From IMG/VR virus record IMGVR_UViG_3300033405_000003: 64,000 nucleotides of DNA; one strand, given 5' to 3'. The position numbers were made by a program, and so were the translations under genes. Within the stretch, counting starts at the first letter, position 1; the number at the start of each line of letters is the position of its first letter. The notes beneath the pieces are model-generated. The model ran no database searches. It worked only from the letters and a program-made list of their open reading frames with translations, and had not been told where the DNA came from. The stretch comes from a virus (lineage: Duplodnaviria; Caudoviricetes). Below, in pieces: positions 38,061-49,184 of the stretch.

Positions 38061-38576
38061 CCGATGCGCGTGGGGATGGCCGATCTGGAGGACCTCGTCT
38101 ACTTCTTCATGAACGCCCCGCTCGACAAGCCCTTCTCGAAGGCGATCCTCGCGAGCGTGCTCTGCAAGATCAACGACGTCCCGGACGGGGACGCCGTCGT
38201 CGCGCAAGACGTGGACGCGTGGCTCGAGAACACGAAGCAGAAGCTCCACGCCGCCGGCCGCAGGATCCCATGAGCGCCGCCCCGTGCGCGGAGTGCGGGA
38301 CCGTCGACGAGCGCGGCCCCCACACGGCCCAGAACTGCCTCGGCGTCGTCAAGCATCGCGAGGCGCAGCTCGCGGACAAGCTCGCGGCGGCGGAGGCTCG
38401 CGCGAGGACCTCGGAGGCGCGCACCCTTGAACTCGAGAGTAGGTTCCCCGTGACGGCTTGCCCAAAATGCGGGTCGCTCGCGAAGCGCGGCGCGCCGCAC
38501 GTGCACGGGTTCGTGACCGGCTCGCACGTCAAATACGAGTCGTGCGACGGGCTCGCCGTCTGAGCGCCGTCCCCGG

Positions 38577-38607
38577 TTGACGCGTGGCGATCGAACGTAT
38601 ATATCCT
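38577..38607 (+). promoter_or_regulatory. sigma70-like promoter TTGACG...TATATC/TATCCT, leaderless to GTG 38614
   Basis: Intergenic AT-rich -10; similar CGTATATCCTTG at about 45780. Confidence 0.55.
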
Positions 38608-38613
38608 TGACCC

Positions 38614-38799
38614 GTGCCAAAGACCGCGCGCAGCCACCGCTTCAACATGATGATGGCGAAGCCCGAGTTCGCCATGCTCAAGGCGCTCGCCGCCGCCGAC
38701 GGGATCAGCGCGTCCGACTACGTGCGGCAGTTCGTCCATAGGGCGTACCGGGAGCACCTGAGGGGCAAGGCGGCGAACGACGCCGGGAAGCGAGGATGA
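38614..38799 (+). CDS. Ribbon-helix-helix regulator
   Basis: RFNMMM..PEFAMLKALAAADGISASDYVRQFV. Confidence 0.7.
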   Translation: MPKTARSHRFNMMMAKPEFAMLKALAAADGISASDYVRQFVHRAYREHLRGKAANDAGKRG

Positions 38800-38803
38800 C
38801 GAC

Positions 38804-39295
38804 ATGAGCGAGCAAGAGAAGGCGCAGGGCCGGGACGACCGCCGCGAGAGGCCGGCGTGGACGAACTGCAAGGAATTCAAGGCAAGCGTCGGGCAGCTCG
38901 AGCTGTGCGTCCGCGTGTCGCGCTCGGGCGACTACGTGCCCAAGTACAACATCACGGCCGGCCGCAGGCGCCAGGACGGGACCGTCGGGATGAGCATCCC
39001 GATCTACGCGCGCGGGCGCGGCAAGATCGAGATCGCCCGCGTGGGCGAGGTCCTCGCCAAGCTCGTGAAGGAGGCGGAGGACTGGATCCACAACGAGACG
39101 CAGTACCACGAGGACCAGCTCATCGAGGACAAGGTGAGGCGCGAGCAGAAAGGGATGAAGAGGGACGACAAGCCGAAGGGGCTCGGCGCGCTCGGCAAGA
39201 TGGACGCGGCGAAGCGCCAAGCCGCAGCGCCGCCGCCCGCGCCGCCGGACGCGAAACCCGCGGAGGCGATTCCGACTCCCGCGGAGACCAAGTGA
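38804..39295 (+). CDS. Hypothetical protein
   Basis: GAGG SD; codon usage. Confidence 0.65.
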   Translation: MSEQEKAQGRDDRRERPAWTNCKEFKASVGQLELCVRVSRSGDYVPKYNITAGRRRQDGTVGMSIPIYARGRGKIEIARVGEVLAKLVKEAEDWIHNETQYHEDQLIEDKVRREQKGMKRDDKPKGLGALGKMDAAKRQAAAPPPAPPDAKPAEAIPTPAETK

Positions 39296-39846
39296 GCGGC
39301 GGGGGCGACGCTACCCTCCGCTCGGGCACCGAGCGCGACCACACCGAGGACTGCGCGATGACGCACGCCGCGCGCGGCGGCGGCAACCCCTACTCGGTCG
39401 CGTGCACCTGCGACGAGCTTCTCATCGCGGATGTCACGCTCGTCGCCCGGGCCAACGACCAGGACGTCCTCCGCGTCCGCATGCGGAGCGGCAGCTCGCT
39501 CCTCATGTCGACGCGCCATTTCGAGCGGCTTGCGCGCGCGACTCACGCGGAGCTGGGCAAGTACGAGCTGATTGGCGGCGGCACGGGCGTGCACTGGCCG
39601 GACCTCGACGAGGACATCTCGATCCGCGGGTTCGTTCGCTACGGCAAGTGGGAGGCGGGGGTCACGGCCGAGGAGGCGATGCCCGACATCAAGTACCTCG
39701 TGACGGAGGAACGCCTCCGCAGCATCGCGAACGGCGGTCCGTTTGCGTTTCACGAGCGCGTCGCCATGGCCCGCGAGCTTCTTCGCTGGAGGGCCTGGCA
39801 CGAGAAAGGCGTCTCCACCGCGCCCGTGGCGGTGGCGAGGAAGTGA
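39292..39846 (+). CDS. DUF2442-domain protein
   Basis: RLARAT..EL..YELIGGGTGVHWPDLDEDISIRG. Confidence 0.8.
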   Translation: MSGGGDATLRSGTERDHTEDCAMTHAARGGGNPYSVACTCDELLIADVTLVARANDQDVLRVRMRSGSSLLMSTRHFERLARATHAELGKYELIGGGTGVHWPDLDEDISIRGFVRYGKWEAGVTAEEAMPDIKYLVTEERLRSIANGGPFAFHERVAMARELLRWRAWHEKGVSTAPVAVARK

Positions 39847-40673
39847 TGGGCATCCGCATGGCCAAGCAGTCCGCGACCAAGGAGCTGAAGGACTACGTCG
39901 AGGACGTGTGCGAGGCGCTCGGCAGGAAGAGCGCCCTCGTGACGGACGAGTCCACCGTCGGCGACTTCCTCGAGATGGGCGAAGGCCCGCACCGCGTCCG
40001 CAAGGGGAGCACGGGCACGTGGGTCAACATGCCCGGCGACCCGGAGGTCAAGAAGCGGAACGACCAGAAGCTCGCGCTGGCGACGGACCTGCTCGGCGTG
40101 CCGGTCGAGCGCGGCGAGACCATCGTCGCGATCGCGCGCCGGCTCCGCGACTTCACGAGGGGAGGCAAGTCTTGACGCCGGCGGAGAAGAAGCTCGCCAG
40201 CGCGCTCCTTCGAATGGCGGCCGAAGAGTTCGGCAACTACGGCTGTAACGACTTCGACCTCGTGGAGGATGGGAAGATGACCGCGAAGGAGGCCGACGCG
40301 CTCATGAAAACCTTCCACGAGCGCAGCGGGTCGCCGGACGACTACGAACCGGGAGACACGAACCTGGGGGATTTCGTGGCGATGGATTTCCTCGCCGACC
40401 TCCTCGAGCGCGAAGCCAAGAACGAGACGAAGAAGGAGAGGCGTTGATGGGTTACCAGATCCGATACACGGACAACCAGGGACGGGCCCGGGTGCACGAC
40501 TATCGCGGCTCGATCGCGGGCGCCGAAGGGTGGGCGCGCCAGCTCTCCAAGGACAACGGCGGCACGCGCGCCGAGGCCGTACATATCGCCGATACCCACC
40601 ACGACGCCGCGCCGCAGGGAACGGTGACCCACGTCATCACGGTGGGCGACGACGCGGTGCTCGGGAGGCCGAA

Positions 40674-41483
40674 GTGACGGAGCGAAAGGTCCGCCTTTTC
40701 CCGGAAGACCTCGCCAGCAAGCCAGAGTCGAAGAGCGATCCCATCGCGCTCATCGACCTCGACAGCACGGTGGCGGATTACGACAAGGCGCTTCGCGAGG
40801 TCATGCGCTCGCTCGAGGCGCCGAACGAGCCGGCGTACGCCGACCGTTACACGAACGGGGCCGAGCCCGCGTACATCGAGGCGCGCCGCAAGCTCGTCCA
40901 GCGCCAGCCTGGCTTCTGGCGGAATCTCGAGAAGATCCCGCTCGGTTTCGAGGTGGTGGATGAGCTTCGCCGGGCGGGCTTCAAGCTCCACGTGCTCACG
41001 AAGGGCCCGCAGAAGAACGGCGCGGCCTGGGGTGAGAAGCTCGAGTGGTCGCGCGAGCACCTGCCCGACGCGACGGTCACCGTCACCGGCGACAAGAGCA
41101 TCGTCTACGGCCGGGTGCTCGTGGATGATTTCCCGCCGTATTTCCTCGCGTGGCTCGCGAACCGCCCGCGGGGCCTCGTCATCTCGGTGGCCCACCCGTG
41201 GAACGAGGGGTTCAAGAAGGACGGCGCGCAGGCGCACCCGAATGTGCTCCGGTACGACGGCACCGACGTCATCGAGCTGCGCGAGGCGCTCCGCCGCGCG
41301 CGCGACCGCGAGTCCGGCGCGCCGCTCCACATGGCGGGCCCGCCGAAGGCTGGCCGTTGCGAGGCCTGCGACGGCAGCGGGCGGACGGAGCGCACGGACA
41401 TCCTGCCGGCCGGAGTGACGTGCCCGATCTGCAGGGGTACGGGGACCGTGCAGCCGGGCATGCAGTTCAGGGTGATGGGCTGA
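40674..41483 (+). CDS. 5'(3')-deoxyribonucleotidase (NT5C-type HAD) with C-terminal CxxCxGxG zinc finger
   Basis: LIDLDSTVADY, FWRNL, EKLEW, DKS...VLVDD, PWN; CEACDGSG and CPICRGTG. Confidence 0.85.
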   Translation: MTERKVRLFPEDLASKPESKSDPIALIDLDSTVADYDKALREVMRSLEAPNEPAYADRYTNGAEPAYIEARRKLVQRQPGFWRNLEKIPLGFEVVDELRRAGFKLHVLTKGPQKNGAAWGEKLEWSREHLPDATVTVTGDKSIVYGRVLVDDFPPYFLAWLANRPRGLVISVAHPWNEGFKKDGAQAHPNVLRYDGTDVIELREALRRARDRESGAPLHMAGPPKAGRCEACDGSGRTERTDILPAGVTCPICRGTGTVQPGMQFRVMG

Positions 41484-42025
41484 TGGGCGGTGCAGCGAAG
41501 AAACCGACGCTTGACGAGGTCGTCGCGCGCGTCTCCACCGAGGTCTACAAGACGACGCAGTTCTTCGAGGCGCTCGAGACCGCGGGCCTCATCGACGGCA
41601 ACGGGCACCACATGCGGCAGAAGGTGGCCGCGTTCGCCGCGGACCTCGTCCGCGAGCGCTGGAACGAGAAGGCCACCGCGGACGACGTGATCGACGTGGT
41701 CGTGGACGCGCTCAAGGACGACCCCATCTTCGCCAAGGCCGCTGAGATCTACAACAAGGTGATGGGGGACCGCATCGACTTCAAGGTGGGCACGTTCACC
41801 GTTCGGGTGTGGGACGGGATGGATGGGTGCTGGTCGGATTGCCACGAGGCGACCGGCGTGAGCGGCCCCGAGGCGCTCCTCGCGTGGATGGAGCGCACCG
41901 AGAGCGGGACCAAGCGCGTGAGCTTCAACGAGATCGACTACTACAAGATCTTTCCGTCGGACACACGCATGCACTGGAACGGCGCCGAGGGACGCGAGAT
42001 GTTTCGGGGCGGCGAGGAGGATTGA
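41483..42025 (+). CDS. Hypothetical protein
   Basis: TGATG coupling; codon usage. Confidence 0.6.
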   Translation: MGGAAKKPTLDEVVARVSTEVYKTTQFFEALETAGLIDGNGHHMRQKVAAFAADLVRERWNEKATADDVIDVVVDALKDDPIFAKAAEIYNKVMGDRIDFKVGTFTVRVWDGMDGCWSDCHEATGVSGPEALLAWMERTESGTKRVSFNEIDYYKIFPSDTRMHWNGAEGREMFRGGEED

Positions 42026-42430
42026 GCAATGGAAACGACCGAGAGGGGCATGATCTTGTGGGCCGAAGGGACGTGCGAGGCGCCCGTGCCGGATTCGGCG
42101 CCGGACCTCGTCGAGCTTTTCCCAGAACTCGAGAATGACGGGTTCACCGACGACGAGATGGAAATGGTGCGAGAGGCGCGGGCCCCGCATGACCCGAGCC
42201 ACCCGAACCATCGCGCGTACTGCCCAGGCTGCCCGGCGTGCGACAGGGAGCCGTGACCGATGACGTACACCAAGGAGATGCGCGACCAGATCTCGCAGGA
42301 AGCGAAGGGCAAGAAGGTCGAGTCGCTCATGTGGGAGCCGGAGGAAGGCTACTGGGTCATGACGTTCGAGGACGGGAGCGAGATCAGCTTCCGGTTCATG
42401 GCGGAACTCATCTGACGCGGAGGAAGAAAA

Positions 42431-42958
42431 ATGGAACCCAAGAAAGAGAGTGCGGGGGTGGAACGCTGCGAGGTCGTTGTCGACTCGAACCAGGTCGAGA
42501 ATTACAGCCAACGCGGCTACAGGACGATCGAGATACGCGAGGAGGACGTCTCGACGACGCAGTTCATCAACACGCAGGAGATCCTGCCGAACACGAGCTA
42601 CCCGACGCAGATCACCAAACAGGTCCCCGTCACGTTGAGGGTCCTCCGGTTCCACATGGTGAAAGACGGCGGGAGCCGCATCGCGGAACTCACCGAGCTG
42701 GTCGAGGCTATGAGGTTGAACGAGGAATCCCACGCGAAGAAATCGGCGGAGCACGACAAGACCATCGCTGGGCTCAAGTCCTCGTCGGAGTCGCTCACCC
42801 GCGACATCGAGCGACGGCGCGCGGACCTCGAGAAGGAGCTGAAGCTCACGGCCGAGCTGCGCGAGCGCCTCCGCAAGATGGAGGGCGACATCGCGAAGTT
42901 CAGGAAAGAGATCGGCGAGCAGCGCTGGCGCGAGATCACGAGCGACGCGCAGCCATGA
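42431..42958 (+). CDS. Coiled-coil hypothetical protein
   Basis: GGAGG SD; heptad-rich C-terminal half. Confidence 0.65.
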   Translation: MEPKKESAGVERCEVVVDSNQVENYSQRGYRTIEIREEDVSTTQFINTQEILPNTSYPTQITKQVPVTLRVLRFHMVKDGGSRIAELTELVEAMRLNEESHAKKSAEHDKTIAGLKSSSESLTRDIERRRADLEKELKLTAELRERLRKMEGDIAKFRKEIGEQRWREITSDAQP

Positions 42959-43317
42959 GTGAGAGCCTCGACGGCGTCGCGCGCATCGCCCTCGAGAGGG
43001 AGCGCCAGAAGAAGGACGAGGGCTACGACGACGCGCACGACGACGAGCACGACGATGGCAGCCTCGCCATGGCGGCGGTCTGCTACGCGGCGGCTGCGGG
43101 GCAGGCCGTCTACCGCCATGAGGCGGACGCCCTCTCGGAGACCTGGGTGGACCCGTGGCCGTGGGACCGGAGGGGCGACAAGCGACCGACCACGGGGATG
43201 GGGACACTCAAGAAGACCACGGACGCGGAGAAGCTCGACCTGCTCGTCAAGGCTGGCGCGCTCATCGCGGCCGAGATCGACCGGCTGCTCCGCAAGCGCG
43301 ACAGGAGCAAGAGATGA
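42955..43317 (+). CDS. Conserved phage protein (ERxRQ...HDD...WPW...LVKAGALIAAEIDRL family)
   Basis: Recognisable widespread phage motif set. Confidence 0.75.
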   Translation: MSESLDGVARIALERERQKKDEGYDDAHDDEHDDGSLAMAAVCYAAAAGQAVYRHEADALSETWVDPWPWDRRGDKRPTTGMGTLKKTTDAEKLDLLVKAGALIAAEIDRLLRKRDRSKR

Positions 43318-43886
43318 CGCCGCGTTACTTCATCGATGCCGAGTTCCACGAGTCCGGCTACGGCCGGCCCATCGAGCTGATCTCGCTCGGCGTCGTGTGC
43401 GACGACGGGCGCGAGTTCTACGCGGTCGCGGGCGACGGCTGGGACAAGGAGACGGTCAGCGACTGGCTCAAGGAGAACGTCCTGCCGCACCTTCACTCGT
43501 GCCACGCCTGCATGGACGTGCCGGGCAGCGCGCAGGTCTACGGGCCGAGGAGCGAGATCGCGAAGATGCTCGCCGAGTTCATCCAGGACGAGCCGGGCGG
43601 CGACAAGCCGGAGATCTGGGGCTACTACAGCGACTACGACTGGGTCATCCTCTGCCAGCTCTTCGGCCGGATGATCGATCTCCCGAAACACTTCCCCAAG
43701 ATTTGCCTCGACATCAAGCAGCGCTGCATCTCGCTCGGTAACCCGAGGCTCCCGAGGCAGGAGTCGCACGCGCACAACGCGCTCGCGGACGCGCGGCACA
43801 ACAAGGTCATGTTCGACTTCCTCACCGCGACCGAGGCGGCAACCACCAGCAATGTCCTCCTCGCCGAGGGCAGGAGCAAGCGCTGA
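43314..43886 (+). CDS. DEDDh 3'-5' exoribonuclease (Rv2179c/DUF5051-like)
   Basis: YFIDAEF, IELISLG, YDWVILCQLFG, HNALADA. Confidence 0.85.
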   Translation: MTPRYFIDAEFHESGYGRPIELISLGVVCDDGREFYAVAGDGWDKETVSDWLKENVLPHLHSCHACMDVPGSAQVYGPRSEIAKMLAEFIQDEPGGDKPEIWGYYSDYDWVILCQLFGRMIDLPKHFPKICLDIKQRCISLGNPRLPRQESHAHNALADARHNKVMFDFLTATEAATTSNVLLAEGRSKR

Positions 43887-44169
43887 TGGACAAGACCAAG
43901 ACCCACGACTGGCTCTTCTCGATCAACACGTGGAACGTCCCGTCGAACGCGGACGGCTCGAGGGGCACGCTCTGGAGGACGGAACCCGGCTCGAACCTCG
44001 ACCTCGACCCGGCGAAAGTCGCCGAGGACATCGCGCGCAACCGCGTGCTCCAGCAGGACTCCGTCATCTGCCTGACGGAGGTCTCGACGGGCCGACGCTA
44101 CGAGGTCGTCGTCAAGGCGACGCACACAATCACGCACAGCACGACCCAGTGCCGCGAGGTCGGGCAGCG

Positions 44170-44850
44170 ATGACGGCGGCGACAGCAGAGATCGTTGTGG
44201 AGTTCGTCAAGGGAAGACCGGATCTCGAGGCCACCGTCCGCAAGAAGATGACGGACGCGTTCCGCGCGCCCGAGGAGTACGCGCCCGTGTGCGCCGACCT
44301 CGTGAAGGAGGCGCTCTCGGACGTGACCGACGGCGAGAAGGCGCTCCTCGACAGGATGCGCGGCAACGGCAATGTCGTCTGGGAGGACGTGGCACGGGCG
44401 TTCGGCGCCCCCATCGACCGCGCGCCGCCCGCACAGAACGAGGAGGCGAAAACGCCGCGCTTCGACTGGGAGAAGGCCCGCGTATTAGGCGCCGCCCTCT
44501 CGAGGGAAAGCTCGGCGCTCTCGACGTCGCTCGCCGAATTCGAGCGACGCGTCGTGGGACTCGACCTCGGCGTTGAAGCTACGGTGGAGATCGACAAGGA
44601 TAACCAGCTTCGGTTCGGCAAGCAGAACGGCAAATGGGGCCTCTACGTGGTGATGACAGGGCCGAACGGCGGGCAGTACGCCCTCCACAACGCGCCGAGG
44701 GCCCTGTGCATCGGCGCCGCGCACCAGCTCGTCGCCCTCCTCGCGCGCCTCGTCGAAAATGGCGAGCGGACGCTCGAGGAAGTGCGCGCGGCGAACGAAG
44801 GCGCAATCGACGCGATCGAGATCGCAGGCGAGGTCGAGGATGAGCGTTGA
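44170..44850 (+). CDS. Hypothetical protein
   Basis: ATGA overlap; long ORF. Confidence 0.55.
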   Translation: MTAATAEIVVEFVKGRPDLEATVRKKMTDAFRAPEEYAPVCADLVKEALSDVTDGEKALLDRMRGNGNVVWEDVARAFGAPIDRAPPAQNEEAKTPRFDWEKARVLGAALSRESSALSTSLAEFERRVVGLDLGVEATVEIDKDNQLRFGKQNGKWGLYVVMTGPNGGQYALHNAPRALCIGAAHQLVALLARLVENGERTLEEVRAANEGAIDAIEIAGEVEDER

Positions 44851-45883
44851 CGACGCGGACGAGCGCGAGCCGTGGTGGACCTGGCGCTGGGACACTCTCG
44901 AGGTGAGGGGCGCGACCATCCCGTACGCGCGGATCAAGCGCTGGCGCCGCGGGTCCCTCCTTACGGTCTATCGCAAGGAGTCGGCAGGCGACGTGGCGTG
45001 GTGGGTCTACTTGCCGTTCAATATCGGGTTCGGGTTCTCGCACCCGACCAAGGAGAGGTGAGATGCCGGTGACGCTCGACGACGACGAGGTGCGCGAGCT
45101 GCGCGCGCTCCTCCACGACCTCCACAGGAACCCTTTCTCGGGCGGCGAGATCAACGCGATGGGAGGCCTGCGCTCGGTGCTGCCGAGGACGCTCCTCGAC
45201 AAACTCTGCGTCCAGATCCCGGAGAACAAGACCGCGGAGGCGCTTCGCGCCGTGGACACGAAGGGCGCCGCCCGATGATCTGCGAGAAGTGCAGGGGCGA
45301 GGGGCAGAGGAGCACCGTGGAAATCGGCCCGAGCTTCACGACCGCGGCGATGGGGCGCACGTTTTACGACGAGGAAGGCGCCCACCACCGCCATGACCCG
45401 AACACGACCACGACGGAGTACTCGTGCTCGCGCGGGCACAAGTGGCAGGAGCGCACGCGGAGCGCGTGCCCCTCGTGCGCGTGGCCGGAGCACGAATGAG
45501 CCGACCGACGATCTTCTGCAACGCGTGCGGCGTCGAGGTCGACATCGACCGGTCGATGGGCGGGAGCTTCCTCGGCTACCGCGTGTGCTCGCCCGGCTGC
45601 GCCCGGGAGGCGCGCTGGCGCGACACGCTCCACATCATGAAGAAGGACTACCGGCCGGACCCGGAGCCGCTCGCGGGCGGCGCCTGGGACACGGAGCCCG
45701 GGACGAAGAACGCCGGTTAGGCCATAGCCAGACGACCGAACGAGCGATTTTTCGACTCGCTTGTTGGAAGGGATTCGCCCGTATATCCTTGTAGCCGAGC
45801 TAGAGCGAGAATCGGCTGAATAGGTGCAGCCAGTTCTCTGGATCATCGACCGAGCAAGGTCCCAGAGACACGAGGAGCGCACC

Positions 45884-46513
45884 ATGTCAGTCCAATCGAA
45901 CACCGGGACCGTCAACCCGACGGCGAACGCCCAGCAGATCGTGGCCATGCTCGGGAGCGGGCCCTTCGACAACCTCTCGGCGTACGTGCAGGGAGGCTCG
46001 ACCGGGTCGTACCTCTTCCGGCTTTTCGCCATCGTTGACGGCGTTCAGGTGCTCGTCGCGCGGGCGAACATCCTCGCCTCCCAGGCCGCGTCGCTCATCG
46101 CGTGGCAGCAGGACGGCGGCGACAGCACGATCATCTCGGCCGCGGGCGAGGCGTACATCCTGACGGTGCAGTCGAACTCCGCGGGCGCCTCGGACCCGGT
46201 CACGGTCACCCTCGCGGGCGTCGACGAGTTCGACACGGCCCCGGGCGAGCAGGCGGCCGAGAGCTTCACGCTCGCGGCCGGCGCGACGGGGACTATCGGA
46301 CCGTTCCAGGGCTTCTCGCAGGCGATCGACGTCGGCGTCGACCAGACGCTCATCACGTCGCCCATCACGGTCTCGGTCCTCGCGGACTGCGGGCCGGGCT
46401 CGGTGCAGGCCGTCGTCAAGAGCGTGACGCTCCGCGCCGGGATGAGTCGGCGTGATATCTCTACGCCACAACCGGGACAGACGCCGGACGAAGGAAAGGC
46501 GGAACCATCATGA
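45884..46513 (+). CDS. Beta-rich, possibly virion-associated protein; 5' part of an interrupted gene
   Basis: GAGGAG SD; Ser/Thr/Gly/Ala-rich; composition changes near 46440. Confidence 0.55.
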   Translation: MSVQSNTGTVNPTANAQQIVAMLGSGPFDNLSAYVQGGSTGSYLFRLFAIVDGVQVLVARANILASQAASLIAWQQDGGDSTIISAAGEAYILTVQSNSAGASDPVTVTLAGVDEFDTAPGEQAAESFTLAAGATGTIGPFQGFSQAIDVGVDQTLITSPITVSVLADCGPGSVQAVVKSVTLRAGMSRRDISTPQPGQTPDEGKAEPS

Positions 46514-47709
46514 CCGTGCTTGATGTCCTCTGCATGATTGGCCTCATCGCATCGACTGCGGCACTAGTCCAGTACCACTGGTCGATTCGGAGAATTACCA
46601 CGCGTGCGCGACTCGAGACGTCTCGCTTCCCGCTTTTCGCTGCGCGGGATCATCTCGTCTACCTCGTTGCAAGCGAACAGGTTCGAGAAGACGAGCCGGC
46701 ATGGGGCAACATCTACGCGAGCATAAACTCGCTCCTGGGTTTGCATCAGAGCCTGCACCTATTCGACATCGTCAAGCAATACACGAGCTACCTCGCACGC
46801 CTCCGAAACGATCAGGAGTTCGCGCGCGAGGCGCTTCTACTTGAACGCGAAGAGAAAGAACTCTCGACGCGCGCTCCCTCCTTCGCTGAGGTCAGAAGGG
46901 AGATTGACGGCGCACTCCACCACCTCATCAAGTGCCGCACCAGCACCTGGCACATGCTCTTGATTGCTGGCTTCCTCGTCGTGCTGGCGATGGTCGTCGT
47001 GGCGTTCCAAGCGAACGCGGCAACCGCGAAGTTTGTGGGCAGCACGATGTTCGGCAAACCAAGCTCGAAGTACATGCGTGCTTTCGCCCTCCAATTCGCA
47101 GAGTGACCGTCACGGTGGCAGGGCGCGTCGAATTCCAGATGCACGCGATAGTTCGACCCCAAACTGCTTCGCGGACTACATGTCGTCAATCGATGTGCGC
47201 ATTATGGAAATGCGCTGAAGCGCCGCGCTAAGCGTCGCAACTAGTTAAATCTTGCTGCCACGCTTCTTGTGCGGAGCGGTCCTTGAGCTTTGCACCGCTC
47301 ACGAAGTACGTAGTCGCGCGCTTCTGACCGCGCTTCGAAACGAGTTTCCTTTGGACCGCTTCGGCGAGTGGGCGGGGAAGTTCCCGTCTCTGAATACCAA
47401 GCTTCGTGCGGATGTCCTCCGCCCGGAGCCCTTTGGGGTTCGAGCGGACGAGGCTGACGATACGCTCAAGCATCCTCTGGATGTCCCCCTCCGAGCGGCG
47501 GTGCAGGCGACCGCGGGCCGCGCGCGCCGGTGTGTGCCGGGCAGCGTGCCCGTCATGACCGCGAGCGTGGACGCTGCGCCCATCGTGCGACTCGCGAAGG
47601 AGTAGTGGCGTGTTGGTTGTGTCCTGGGCGCAGAACGGGCACTGGCTGTCCTCCTTCACATAACCCAAGCCCTGACGCGGACCGCACCCAGTGGTCCGCA
47701 CATCCTGGC
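46436..47709. mobile_element. Lower-GC foreign insert (membrane protein gene plus partial DNA-binding gene); boundaries approximate
   Basis: Codon usage shift; imperfect inverted ends GCCGGGATGAG / CACATCCTGGC; no transposase seen. Confidence 0.45.
46510..47106 (+). CDS. Membrane protein with N- and C-terminal TM helices, atypical codon usage
   Basis: VLDVLCMIGLIASTAALV and MLLIAGFLVVLAMVVVAF. Confidence 0.7.
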   Translation: MTVLDVLCMIGLIASTAALVQYHWSIRRITTRARLETSRFPLFAARDHLVYLVASEQVREDEPAWGNIYASINSLLGLHQSLHLFDIVKQYTSYLARLRNDQEFAREALLLEREEKELSTRAPSFAEVRREIDGALHHLIKCRTSTWHMLLIAGFLVVLAMVVVAFQANAATAKFVGSTMFGKPSSKYMRAFALQFAE

Positions 47710-47713
47710 TCAC
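47228..47713 (-). pseudogene. Partial paralog of the 21373-21870 DNA-binding protein (start uncertain)
   Basis: RLHRRSEGDI...GLRAEDIRTKLG..RRELPRPL...KRGQKRATTYF; N-terminal half not homologous. Confidence 0.6.
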
Positions 47714-48174
47714 CGCCGAGCCTCCAGGGCGGCGCGACGGTGCTCACCGGTACGCGCTGGCTCTTCGGGACGTGCGGTATCTTCGATTCCACGCCGGGCG
47801 GCCCGGGCGGCCAGAACCCGAACGGCGACGGCCTGCGCGTCACGCCGGGGGCAGACGGCGCGGTGACGTTCACGGACACGGACAGCACGAACCAAATTTG
47901 GGGCATGGGCAACGCGGGCACCGGTGTGTTCGTCGGCACGAACGGGAGCTTCCAGTTCGACCCGTCGGTGAACCCGACCCCGCTCTCCGTGACGGGCGCG
48001 GCAGGGAACTTCAACCTCGCGTCGAACGCGGCCGGCGGCTCGTTCTCGCCGACGACGGGCGGCGTGCCTGTAGGCCCGTTCGCGAACACGTGGCCGAACC
48101 TCTTTGGAGGCACGTTCCCGAACGAGGTGGCGTTCAACCCGATCTACAACGCCTGGCTCGCGCCGTTCCACTGA
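47710..48174 (+). CDS. Gly/Asn/Thr-rich beta protein fragment, possibly the 3' part of the 45884 gene
   Basis: Phage-like codon usage resumes; no SD/ATG at its 5' end. Confidence 0.5.
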   Translation, partial: SPPSLQGGATVLTGTRWLFGTCGIFDSTPGGPGGQNPNGDGLRVTPGADGAVTFTDTDSTNQIWGMGNAGTGVFVGTNGSFQFDPSVNPTPLSVTGAAGNFNLASNAAGGSFSPTTGGVPVGPFANTWPNLFGGTFPNEVAFNPIYNAWLAPFH

Positions 48175-48689
48175 CGACCGACTGAGGAGCCGCGGGTGGT
48201 TATGCTACGCGGCACATGCCGCGCAGACGCAGAGCCGCGCCCGAGGTCTGGGACGCGTCGTACTTCGCGCTCGCCTCGGCGTGGCGGGTCGCGGGCCACC
48301 TCTTCCCGCGCGCGCTTCGCGTGCGCTCTCGGCCCGTGACGCTCTCCCCCGAGGTCATCGACGCTGCGGCGGCGAGCGGCATCGAGCCGATGGCGCTCTC
48401 CTCGGCGCTCCTCTCGTGCGGGCACTTGGTGCTCGTGCCGCGCGAGCTGGAGCGAAGGCCGCTCGTGCCCTGCTACAAATGCTGGGCGCAGGCGGGCGGC
48501 CGAATCGCCGGGATCACTTGCTCGTTCTGCGGCGTCGCGCACGAACCCGACGTGCCTTGCATGAGACCTCATCTGGAACGATAATCTCCCCGAATCCCGA
48601 ACCCAGGTTCGCCGTCACCGGACTCCCCCCCCCCCCGGGCCATGGCGGCCGGGCCCGGGATTCACTAACCAAGACGGGGCACGAGGAAC

Positions 48690-48926
48690 ATGGGCTTCTT
48701 GAGCAAGATCAAGGCGAGCGAGATCCTGCCGGCCGCCATCGGCGCCGTCGGCGTCGTCTACTACGCCCTGCAGGCTCACGCGCCCGAGCCCTCCCCGGGC
48801 TCGCCGTCCTACGAGCGGCGGATGAACGAATGGACGAAGCACGTGCAGACGGGCCAGCTCCTCGCGACCGCGGCCCTCGCGACGGGAGTCCTGATCGCCA
48901 GGTTCCGCAAACCGACGAGGGCCTAG
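48690..48926 (+). CDS. Small two-TM membrane protein
   Basis: Two hydrophobic helices; GAGG SD. Confidence 0.65.
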   Translation: MGFLSKIKASEILPAAIGAVGVVYYALQAHAPEPSPGSPSYERRMNEWTKHVQTGQLLATAALATGVLIARFRKPTRA

Positions 48927-48929
48927 GCC

Positions 48930-49184
48930 ATGACCAGCGTCCCGTGGTCGACGACGGTCCTGCTCTCGGTGCTCGCGGCGTGCGCCTCGGTGCTCGCGTG
49001 GAAGGGCGTCATCTCGAGCCACATGATCAGCGGGATGATGGGCGCCATCGTGGGCTACATCGTCCGGCAAGGGTTCGAGCAGGTGAGCGTGATGCGCGCG
49101 GCGGCGCGGGCGCGCGACTCGGGCGAGAAGGCGGCCAAGTTCGGGGCTGAGGCCCCCACCAACCCCGGCAAGAAGAACGAATGA
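48930..49184 (+). CDS. Small two-TM membrane protein (holin-like topology)
   Basis: Two hydrophobic helices and charged tail. Confidence 0.6.
   Translation: MTSVPWSTTVLLSVLAACASVLAWKGVISSHMISGMMGAIVGYIVRQGFEQVSVMRAAARARDSGEKAAKFGAEAPTNPGKKNE

Noticed and set aside
2616-43207. Long alternative-frame and antisense ORFs (e.g. 2616-4574, most of 14171-16486, 13953-15872, 41105-43207)
   Set aside because: Arg/Gly/Ala-rich shadows of real genes caused by high GC3; no motifs.
48625-48636. Poly-C tract as a phase-variation switch
   Set aside because: Intergenic with no clear promoter spacing role; homopolymer length may be a sequencing artefact.
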